DNA of 64,000 bases, from NCBI RefSeq assembly GCF_006345805.1, contig NC_043002.1:38688001-38752000 (forward strand), written 5' to 3'. Positions 52,875 to 64,000 of the stretch are shown piece after piece. Positions within the stretch are counted from its first letter, which is position 1, and each line of letters opens with the position of its first letter. The DNA is from Octopus sinensis. Its lineage: Eukaryota. Under the pieces are notes generated by a model. The model was not told where the DNA came from. It did no database searches and worked only from the letters and a program-made list of their open reading frames with translations. Position numbers and translations under genes: made by a program.

Positions 52875-53115
52875 TTGAGATTATAATATCACGGCAAATG
52901 AATTTGACAACCTCAGAAAATATAAGGATTTACTCGTTGGAATCGAAAAAATATAGCATGTCAATGCGATTAAAATACCAAGGAGCACTTGAAATGATAA
53001 AAAGGAAATTCAAAATCATTTGGGTATGATCCCTGGCTTACCGTCCCTGCAAGAAGTGCAAAAGATTGTTTTAACTTGTACGTCACACGTACTGAGAAGA
53101 GTATTGTCGCTGTGA
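52875..53115 (+). mobile_element. Short 3' terminus of another R4/Dong-type element, after a (GTA)n tract
   Basis: KYKDLLVGIEK, GALEMIK, IPGLPSLQEVQKIVLTCTSHVLRRVLSL*. Confidence 0.8.
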
Positions 53116-54246
53116 GAACGATCGCAACCTTTGTAAATTTTTTCTTCTTCCTTTTCTCTTTTTCTTGTTTTTTTTCTTTTTTTCTATTACATAACTTAAC
53201 TTTGTAAATGAACAATGGCCCTTCAATGTATACAGCGAATTTTTTGCCTTAGGTATCGGGGATATACTGGGGAAGAAATGGAAAGGAAATTAATAGAAGA
53301 AAAATTCAAAAGGAGAAGAAGAAGAAGAAGAAGAAGAAGAAGAAGAAGAAGAAGAAGAAGAAACACTCTGAAACAGCTCTAAAATAGCGAACAACAAAAT
53401 CAGAACAACACAGTCAAATATATAAATGAAAGAATATATAAGAGATATTTACGAAGAAAGTTTCTATTACAATCTAAAAGAAGAAATAATTGAAAAATTT
53501 AAACAATAGAACACTTTCCGACAAATCTACCTCGCAATGTACCTCGCAAGCATGAAATTTGACGATGAAATAGCATCAGTTGAGGAAATGTAAAGTAGAT
53601 AGTTCGTTGCAGCTATTCGTATTGGTGCATTAAATTAGAAAAAAGTAATAAACATGTTGGGAAAATTAAAAATCAGGGAAAAGATCTCTCAATCTTGAAT
53701 GAATGCAATGAGAAAGAAATGACTCATCTGAAGAAAAAAAATTAGGGCGACAAATACTACAGGTATATAATACAACGAAGTTTCTGATATCAAAGAAGGC
53801 ATGAAATATTTACTAAACCCCAAAGAATCTGTTGAACGGAGTGAATACATCCGCTACAGCTTGAAAATATTTTATCAAGAACCATAGAAAAATAAAATAG
53901 AAATCAATGCAGCAGCTACAGGAAGGAAAATGGAGGTATTCTGCATTGAGATAAGGACAACGAAGGAATCATATTGGATGATATTGTTCAAAACAATGAG
54001 CCCAACGGTTGACCAATCGGAGAAGGCTGTACTTATGCAATTGCCACAAAAAAAGCAACAAAAAGCAAAATGTTTCGATCCAGTAAATGATAAAAATCCA
54101 AAACTTCTGATTCGACATCGTTTTGTGTTAAGACGTTTGCTGCCCAACAACATAGTTCTGGGTTCGTCCCCACAGCTTGTCACGTTCGACAAATGTCTTC
54201 TGCTATAGACCTGGATTTAGTAGACGGAAACTGAAAGAAACACGTC

Positions 54247-54302
<56 letters not shown>

Positions 54303-54434
54303 ATGTGTGTGTGTGTAAGTGTGTGTGTGTGTAAGTGTGTGTGTGTGTGTGTATTTACCATGAATATATTCAGCAAGAACTTATGGTCCTTGTGGTGATA
54401 TAAAGCTATCAAAATATTAGTTGTAGGCCTAAAT

Positions 54435-54849
54435 ACTCTCTTTTACTCTTTTACTCTTTTACTTGTTTCAGTCATTTGACTGCGGCCATGCTGGAGCACC
54501 GCCTTAAATCGAGCAACTCGACCCCGGGACTTATTCTTTTGTAAGCCCAGTACTTATTCTATCGGTCTCTTTTGCCGAACCGCTAAGAAACGGGGACATA
54601 AACACACCAGTATCGGTTGTCAAGCAATGCTAGGGAGACAATCACAGTCACACAAACACACACACGCATATATATATATATATGCATATATACGACGGGC
54701 TTCTTTCAGTTTCCGTCTACCAAATCCACTCACAAGGCTTTAGTCGGCCCGAGGCTATAGCAGAGGACACTTGCCCAAGGTGCCACGCAGTGGGACTGAA
54801 CCCGGAACCATGTGGTTGGTAAACAAGCTACTTATCACACAGCCACTCC
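54435..54849 (-). mobile_element. SINE family A, young copy (partial + copy at ~54140-54247)
   Basis: High similarity to the reverse complement of 20171-20579. Confidence 0.9.
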
Positions 54850-55026
54850 TAAGCAAAACAGCAAAAATGATGGCAAGAAAAGTTCCTACACAGCCAACAC
54901 CTGAAAAGAAAACAAAGTGGGAATTGCAATAGTGATTGAGAATTGAAGAGCTGAAAGTAAAGAATTCTTGAAGTATCGAAGTAGTCTCTTCAGAAACACC
55001 CAGACAGTATACGATGAACTAAAATG

Positions 55027-55229
55027 CACTCTTTTACTTGTTTCGGTCATTTGATTGTGGCCATGCTGGAGCACCCGTCTTTAGTCGAGCAAGTCGACCC
55101 CCAGGAATTATTCTTTGTAAGCCTAGTACCTACTCTATCGGTCACTTTTACCGAATCTCTAAGTTATGGGGACGTTGACACAGCAGCATCGGTTGTCAAG
55201 CGATGTTGTGGGGGACAAACACAGACACA

Positions 55230-55276
<47 letters not shown>

Positions 55277-55295
55277 ACACACACACATATATATA

Positions 55296-55335
<40 letters not shown>

Positions 55336-55614
55336 GGTGTCCCAAAAAATGTATACACACCTTAAATAATTGTAAATTTGTTATTCTTTGTAATCCTAGT
55401 ACTTATTCTATCGTTCTCTTTTGCCGAATCACTATGTGTATACATTTTTGGGGGACACCCTGTATATATATATATATATATATTCTTTCAGTTTCCGTCT
55501 ACCAAATCCACCCACAAGACTTTGGTCGGCCCGAGTCTAGAGTAGAAGATACTTGCCCAAGGTGTTACGCAGTGAGACTCAACCCGGAACCATGTGATTC
55601 GTAAGCAAGCTACT
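55027..55614 (-). mobile_element. SINE family A, host of the MITE and of the ORF1-only element; its first ~30 nt lie at 57671-57702
   Basis: Body similarity; head GGAGTGGACGTGTGGTAAGTAGCTTGC is displaced by the 2-kb insert. Confidence 0.85.
55333..55462. mobile_element. 130-bp Tc1/mariner MITE inserted in the (TA)n of a SINE, with a SINE-like internal segment
   Basis: TA-CAGGGTGTCCCAAAAAATGTATACAC ... GTGTATACATTTTTGGGGGACACCCTG-TA; interior 55381-55430 resembles SINE body 55108-55157. Confidence 0.85.
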
Positions 55615-57670
55615 TTATTTCATAAATTTGTCATATAGACAGTACAAAGAGCTTTGCGGGCTGGACAAACACATTAATGAATGAAAATGAAATATAATGA
55701 ATAAATGAGAGACGGAACCCAACACTCGCCGATTGGATTTTTCTCGAAAACATATTTTCTTTTTTTTTTTTAAATCAATATGAGGTTTCAAACCTCTTAC
55801 ACGAAGGAGGCACTAAAACCTCTTACTTAACATGTTTTCTTCTTTTTTCTTTCTTTCTTAAAACACAAAATTGAGGTTATAATCCACTACAAAATAATCC
55901 AATAAGACGAGTTTTCAAACCCTGTAACGAGGGTCTTTCACCTCCTACTCTTCGATATATCCATCGATATATTCATCATTATCTTCAATGCCGCTTGAGT
56001 TCCTGTATCCCGCCATTTCCCATGCCTCACTCATGTAGGACATGTAAGTCGTGTAAGGGCCAGCCGGCCATATGCGACATTCCTCCCCAAATCCTTTAAG
56101 CCTTTCCCACAAGGGAAACCTTATGACCTCCACAGCTATCTGCGGAGGCCATTCGGGATCCCGTGTGAAGAGCATATCTACTGTTTCTTTATGTTCTTCT
56201 ACTATTTTTCCACCTCCCTGCCCTTGTAGAAAAAGATAATTAATTGATCATCTTTAAGGGTGGGGTGGTTTCTTCCACCGTGGGTGGCACAACTTCGGGA
56301 CATGCAGTCGGCACATCATCTCCCCGCTGAGATGACCCGTTCTTCTTCCTTCTTTTTTCTTTTCTTCCTGGCTTCGGGAGAGTGGAGCTCTTCCGCTTTG
56401 TCCGGAGACTCTCCCCCGCCTCCCGAAGCCTTAGGTTCCTTCGGCGGGCAACTATTGTTGCCCGCCTTCTTTTTAATCCTTTTTGAGTTGAGGAGGCTGA
56501 AGCCTCCTCGACCACATCCACCTTTCCCTTTGACCGGGTAAGTGAGGTGGCATCTAGTGACTGTTCCAAGACCTTACCATGGCCCTGGGGGCAGTTCCTT
56601 TTAATTTGGCCTGGCTGCAGGCACAAGTGACACTTTGGGGGACGTCCCTCAAGTATCACCGGATACCTGCAGCCAGCCATTTTCAAGAAATCTGGAAAAA
56701 CCAGTTCTGTTGCGGCCGATGGGGTCCACAGAGTCAAAATCGCTTTTGACCCTTCCCAATCGACCGCCGGCAATACCCTTACATTTAAGAGCCTGGGCCC
56801 GCCATCCCCCAGTCCCCGTCGGATGGTATCTTCAATCCAATCCGCTTCGGTGCCCAGGGGCAGCCCACATACCCAGGCTCGTATTAATTTTCTTCCACAT
56901 TATGACGGGAGAAACAGAATTTCCTTGCCTTCTAAAGGCTGACTCGCAAACTGGCGAGCCTTTCCCCCGTTGTCAAACAGCAACCATACGGTTGCATGTT
57001 TGACACCACGGGATATACATTTTACAGAGGACAAATGTTCTTTAAGTTCATTTTTTATGACTTGTTTTGGGAAGACGGTGATGGAATTAAGAACTTTAAG
57101 TACCATCGTCTTCTCCTCCATATCTTTTAACCACTGCTTAGGCGGGTTAATTTCCCACTCTAAGACAGAGCTTTTCTTTTTAAGTTCCTTCTCTGCCATG
57201 TCAAAAAACAGTTCAAAAGTAGTTCAAAAGACAGTCTGCCAAAAAATTAAATCGATTAAAAATAAAACAAAATAAAAGAGGAGGGGAGGAAACTGAAATT
57301 AAAGTAATGAAAAGAATGAACCAAAATTTAGAAAGAAAGAAAAAATAGAAGAAGGGAAAAGTAAAAGAAAAACCTCACAAATAGCACAGACAGGGAATCC
57401 TTTGTATAATACTCCAAAAAGGTAATCCAAAAGGGCAATCCAAATGGCTTATTCTTATTTTTCTGGCGAGATACGCCCACTAGAATTCACAAGAAGAATT
57501 CTCAAGTAAAAATTCTCAATTCACCGTTACGGTGATGAGAACCCAGTATTTTGCTCGCTATAGCGAGCCATAATTGACAATTTTTCTTTTTGTTCTTTTT
57601 TTCTGTTCACAGAGCCGAAACTCACATCTGCTCACTGTAACAGTCCAGACCAACTAGTGTTGCATTCTGG
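55615..57670 (-). mobile_element. ORF1-only LINE derivative (HAL1-like / Tx1-L1-type ORF1) inserted in a SINE head
   Basis: ~470-bp 5' UTR, ORF1 remnant with zinc knuckle, ~330-bp 3' UTR ending AATAA(A); flanked by a 14-bp duplication (55601-55614 / 57671-57684, 13/14 match); no APE or RT motifs seen. Confidence 0.7.
55945..57199 (-). pseudogene. Gag-like ORF1 remnant with CX2CX4(H>Q)X4C knuckle
   Basis: ORFs 56900-57199, 56240-56773 and 55945-56175 join through one premature stop and frameshifts; VILEGRPPKCHLCLQPGQIKRNC followed by a basic region. Confidence 0.7.
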
Positions 57671-58417
57671 GTATGCAAGCTACTTACCACACGTCCACTC
57701 CTTCTAAGTATAGACTATGTGAAAGGGTGAAATGAATAATTAAGCTCATTGTTTCTGCCTCCCCAGCCTTAGTTAAGAGGGAATCCATATATATACACGG
57801 ACTTATGGGACTTGTGTGACCTGGAAATTAGGCTAGCATTATGAAATATTGCCGGAAAATCAAAGTAACAATTTCAATGAGTAGAAGACATACTCTGGTC
57901 TGCACGTGTTCTACGAGACCTGCAATATGTTAGAGACATCTTCCTTTTATGCGTTTTTCACATAAAACTTGAACTAGGCCACAGGTGCTGCATAACTCCC
58001 TCGGACTGAAAATAAAAATAACCTTTCTAAAAGGTTGAAAAATATAAAAATATCAAAACGAAGATACAGAAATAAAAATATATGCAGAGGAGGCATGTAG
58101 AGATTATCCATAATATGAATGTTAAAAACAATGAAAAAAGGAAAAGAAAACGAATGAAAAGAAAACACAGACTAGATTCCATGAGTCGTATATTGATGCT
58201 AAAATACAAATATAGCACTATCTAACTTGTTAATCATGTAATATTAATAAACTAAATACATTAGCCACATGCGCATTATCAATTGCATTTGCAAATACGT
58301 GAACAACATACAATATAATAACGAAATTAATCTCATATATACAACTAAAACAACAGCTATAATAAGAAAACTATTAATAATTTTCAATTGAAAACCGTAA
58401 TTTTTTTTACTCTTTTT

Positions 58418-58787
58418 TGTCTTTCATTTACTTATTTCAATCATTTGACTGCGGCCATGCTGGAGCACCTCCTTTAGTCGAACAAATCGACCCAAGGACT
58501 TATTCTTTGCAAGCCTAGTACTTATTTCATCAGTCTCTTTACCGAACCGCTAAGTTACAGGGACGTAAACGCACTAACATCGGTTGTCCAGTAATGGTGG
58601 GAAGACAAACAGACACACAAATACACATACACATACACATACATATATATACGACGAGCTTCTTTTAGTTTCCGTCTACCAAATCCACTCAGAAGGAGTT
58701 GGTCGGCCCGAGGCTATATTAGAAGACGCGCAGTGGGATTGAACACGGAAGCGTTTGGTTGGAAAGCAAGCTTCTTACCACACAGTC
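58418..58787 (-). mobile_element. SINE family A
   Basis: Reverse-complement similarity. Confidence 0.85.
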
Positions 58788-61014
58788 ATTCCTTTTATTG
58801 CAATCCTACTTCCTGACTGAAATATTTTGTTAGTATATAGATTATTTCATCTGGAATCGAACATGAAGCTCTGCTCTTCATCACAATTAGCTCCATTTGT
58901 AGTGTCCATTCTCTATTGTATTGTGTTACAAAGACCATTTTTTCTCTTTCTGAGTGTTTACAATCAGAACATCTTAAATAAGCTGTACAATATTCTGATT
59001 GTTATTGCCAGCAGACTCCTAATGTGGCGATCGAGAAGAATTGTTTGCGCCACGAGAAGAATTGTTAGCGGCATTTCTTCTGAGTTGAAATTCTACCGGT
59101 GTTCACTTCGCCTTTCATCTTTTCGTGGTCGATAAAATAAGTACCAGTCAGAAGTTGACGTAATCGGGTTCCACCTCTCCTCAAAGAAAAAATGCTGGCC
59201 CTGTGCCAAAAGTTGGACCTATTATTAAGAGATTCAAAGGTGGCTGATTCGTTAGCACTTGATATTTAGTGATATTTTTTCTGGCTTTATATTCTGAGTT
59301 CAAATTCCGGTGAGGTTTAAATTTTGCCTTTCATCCTTTCGAAATTGATAAAATAAGTACCAGTTGAGCACTGGGATCTAGACTCCCAACCTCTTAAATA
59401 TCAGGTTTTTTGCCTACAATAGAAATAAATGTTAGAAGATTCCGTTATTCCAAAGCACCAGGAGGAATTGTTGGATGATTAGCCGCACATATGTAACCCG
59501 TTGACTGGTTTTACTAACACTAGCACTTAGAGTCTTAGGTACTTAACGGAGTCCGCCCTATTGTTAACATTCGGGTTAGGTTTCCGTTTATAAACATACT
59601 TTCCTCTTTCCGGCCCAATAATCTCAGAAGATCTAAAACGGGTCATAGGACTGTCTTTCCTCTCTATTAGAAGATTTGAAAGCACATCAACAAATACATG
59701 GCATGCTAGAAATCTCACCAACAGGCAAGAAGAATACTCTAATCACACTCTACTAACATAAATATCACGGGTGGAACTCCTTATATCATAGGAATGCATC
59801 ACCAAATGTTCATCAGGTATCAAACAATAATATCCATCATTATGGATCACACCTGTACAAAAGAGTGTCATGGTACTCAGTAAGACAATAAAGATTAAAA
59901 TTTCCCTTTCATCCCACTTTTCATCTGCTATATGATTTTCTCATTTCATTGACTTCTTACGCTGCGAACCCGTAGCTTAAGTTGCATGACATACTCTTCT
60001 AAGGCGTTTTTATCTTCATACATAACTGTGTGAGCATTTGCTGTTGTTGTTTAGCTTCATGTCCACGATGATCTGGCAAAATTATGATCAAGAACATAGG
60101 ATCTGAGACGACCCCTACTTTTAGACGTAACTAAGGACACGTTATGGTGCCCTTTCATTTTTTAAGACGGTAGGATATGGACTGATAGGTATTTGATTAC
60201 TTCTTCTAGTAGGTCAAATGATCACGTAAACAGTCTATCCATAGGTGACAGAAATGCAATGCAAGTCGCTATTTCTCAAGAATTTGTAATCTGATTTATC
60301 GTTCGATTCTTTTCCTTAAGAAAAAGAATAAAGTTGTAGGTTTTGACTCAGACAACCATGTTTATTCGTTGATTTAATCATTACATTTGTATAGCATAAT
60401 TAGTTGATAACCTCTCTAGATACAATACAAGAAATGTGACCAGCGGACAGATACACAGAAATCAGATAATACCTGCATAATCTACCATGACCTCAAATGA
60501 ACTACACTATGTGTTATAAACTGGATAAAGTAGCATCAATCTGACAGAAACGTTACTCTATAAATAATTCCAATTCTCGTGACATAGTTTAGTTGAAAGT
60601 TTGTAAAAATTTCTTTTGAGATTTATAGTAAATGTATGTTATATTTGCTTCACTAAAGCTTTACGAATATGTTTAACTCATGAGGAGTGTTGCATTTCGT
60701 TAATTCTATACACGAATATAACCAATAACCCGTATCACATAGTGTGAAATGGTGTGGATCATTTATTATGAAATGCATGAAAGCGTCACAATCAAGAATA
60801 TTCTGATGAATATGAGGACCCCATGATGAAGATGCGCAAATCAATACATATGACTGCATTCTGAATAACGTAACTCAATCCAGAGACAAAAATATTGCCA
60901 ATAGGAGCCAAAGAAGGCGCTTCACCATTGTCACTCAAAGTGTTGATAGTCGCTAGATTCATCTTTCAATCACACAAAAGGCACTGCCATATATTATATA
61001 TATATATATATATA

Positions 61015-61650
<636 letters not shown>

Positions 61651-62052
61651 GAATCAAAACGTAAAAGAATATATATGTATATAAGCAATGTCGACAAATA
61701 ATATGGTGACTGGTAATTACTCAAAATTTTGTTTATTTTATTTTACAATGTCACACACTATATTTATGATTACTGCGATCTACCCGTGATTCCACGGCAT
61801 AGAGTGTGGGCAGCTGCATATTCAATCGGGCATTATTCGTTTCCATATTCTCTATCGTTATGATTTTTCTTAATATACACTCCAGATATTACCATCCAGT
61901 GAAGCTAACACGGACATACCCATCGGAGGAATTTACAGTATGAGTGACAACCGCTAGTTGTCATAGACTTTGAATATTAATCGTTGCGGCTTGCCATAAC
62001 CTGGAACATAACTCAGAGCTACTGTAGTAAACAATATCTCCCTCTAAACTGA

Positions 62053-62098
<46 letters not shown>

Positions 62099-62103
62099 AT
62101 ATA

Positions 62104-62159
<56 letters not shown>

Positions 62160-62179
62160 AATATATATATATATGTTTC

Positions 62180-62403
62180 TTTATACCCACAAGGGGCTAA
62201 ACATAGAAGGGACAAACAAGGACAGAAAATGGATTAAGTCGATTACAACGACCCCAGTGCGTAACTGGTACTTAATTTATCGACCCCCGAAAGGATGAAA
62301 GGCAAAGTCGACCTCGGCGGAATTTTAACTCAGAACGTAGCGGCAGACGAAATAGGGCTACGCTTTTCGCCCGGCGTGCTAACGCTTCTGCCAGCTCGCC
62401 GCC
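62180..62403 (-). mobile_element. SINE family B
   Basis: Reverse complement of head plus one body unit of 63070-63300. Confidence 0.9.
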
Positions 62404-62445
62404 TTCTTTATATATATAAATATATATGTGTGTGTGTATGTGTGT

Positions 62446-62482
<37 letters not shown>

Positions 62483-62538
62483 CTATACATATTGTTATTT
62501 ACATATATATATGTGTCTCTCCCTCTCTCTCTCTACAC

Positions 62539-62570
<32 letters not shown>

Positions 62571-62966
62571 ATGTATGTGTGTGTGCGTGTGTGTGTGTGT
62601 GTAGTATAATCAAGAACATGAGTGTAGTGAAGTTGCCATCGTCAGTGGAAAAATCCAACGTTTCGGAGATAGTCGTTCTTCTTAGAAAAGTTGGCAGGAG
62701 AGAAATTAAAATGAGAGACGGAACAGCATTACATACTCAAAATAAAAAGAAAAATATAACCGGCTGCAATATTAGTTTTTCCAACTTAAAAGATGTAAAT
62801 CTCGACTGTCCCTCATTAATTTCTCACATCTGAAACTTTTGCTGAAGTAGGACTATGCGAAACGCTAGACTTCCCGCTCACCACGGCAAGTTCAGTGCCG
62901 TTTACTAAATAATACAATTCTTGCAGTCGTAGATAAGTATTAGTCATTTTGGAGTGGGTCTGATTT

Positions 62967-63006
<40 letters not shown>

Positions 63007-63069
63007 TGTGTGTGTATTAACATGCATGGTCACGCATACACGCACATACACGCACAAACACATATACAA

Positions 63070-63846
63070 GGCGGCGAGCTGGCAGAAACGTTAGCACTCC
63101 GGGCGAAATGCGTAGCCGTATTTCTTCTGTCTTTGTGTTCTGAGTTCAAATTCCGCCGAGGTCGACTTTGCCTTTCATCCTTTTGGGGTCGATAAATTAA
63201 GTACCAGTTACGCACTGGGGTCGATATAATCGACTTAATCCGTTTGTCAGTCCTTGTTTGTCCTCTCTGTGTTTAACACCTTGTGGGTAGTAAAGAAATG
63301 GGTATTTTTTCTGTCTTTATGTTCAAATTCCGCCGAGGTCGACTTTGCCTTTCATCCTTTCGGGGTCGATAAATTAAGTACCAGTTATGCACTGGGGTCG
63401 ATATAATCGACTTAATTCCTTTGTCAGTCCTTGTCTGTCCTCTCTGTGCTTAACACCTTGTGGGTAGTAAAGAAATAGGTATTTCTTCTGTCTTTATGTT
63501 CTGAGTTCAAATTCCGCCGAGGTCGACTTTGCCTTTCATCCTTTCGGGGTCGATAAATTAAGTACCAGTTACGCACTGGGGTCGATATAATCGACTTAAT
63601 TCCTTTGTCAGTCCTTGTCTGTCCTCTCTGTGCTTAACACCTTGTGGGTAGTAAAGAAATAGGTATTTCTTCTGTCTTTATGTTCTGAGTTCAAATTCCG
63701 CCGAGGTCGACTTTGCCTTTCATCCTTTCGGGGTCGATAAATTAAGTACCAGTTACGCACTGGGGTCGATATAATCGACTTAATTCCTTTGTCTGTCCTT
63801 GTTTGTACCATCTGTGTTTAGCACCTTGTGGGCAATAAAGAAATAA
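63070..63846 (+). mobile_element. tRNA-derived SINE family B (Nin/Deu-like domain) with its ~184-bp body repeated four times
   Basis: Head GGCGGCGAGCTGGCAGAAACGTTAGC..; unit GTATTT..GTTCAAATTCCGCCGAGGTCGACTTTGCCTTTCATCCTTTCGGGGTCGATAAA starts at 63118, 63302, 63479, 63663. Confidence 0.92.
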
Positions 63847-63905
63847 CAAACACATATACAAGCATGCAAACACACATACATATACACACAAACATATACA
63901 CATAC

Positions 63906-63936
<31 letters not shown>

Positions 63937-64000
63937 ATGCGTGTGTATGCGCGCTCTGAAAGAGGGAAGAAGCAATAAGAAATCCATATGACGATATACA

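Noticed and set aside
57900-58005. Possible minus-strand terminal exon (TTATTTTTATTTTCAG|..PRELCSTCGLVQVLCEKRIKGRCL*)
   Set aside because: Good acceptor, but no recognisable protein and no partner exon; needs RNA-seq.

Overview
AT-rich, microsatellite-dense animal DNA, most likely octopus (inferred from the SINE families and the (TA)n/(TG)n/(TATC)n landscape). I could not identify a host protein-coding exon; the window looks intronic or intergenic, and most ORFs in the supplied track are microsatellite artefacts. It contains three tRNA-derived SINE families, decayed Tc1/mariner elements (DD41D rosa-like, maT-like, MITEs), fragments of restriction-like-endonuclease (R4/Dong-type) LINEs, an ORF1-only LINE derivative and a young Penelope-like element (RT + GIY-YIG). 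The main result is a non-coding ~480-bp tandem array (41198-45799) in which every complete unit carries a type I hammerhead ribozyme fold (CUGAUGA / GAAA / AUA cleavage site, near-palindromic stem III). The array has two divergent arms joined at an asymmetric inversion and is flanked by a direct repeat inside (TA)n. It lies ~350 bp from the putative 3' end of the Penelope-like element, which carries its own hammerhead with a compensatory U3-A8 core. At least eight further canonical or degenerate hammerhead-like motifs occur elsewhere in the window. This suggests a retrozyme/PLE system; RNA activity is inferred from folds I read by eye and is untested.
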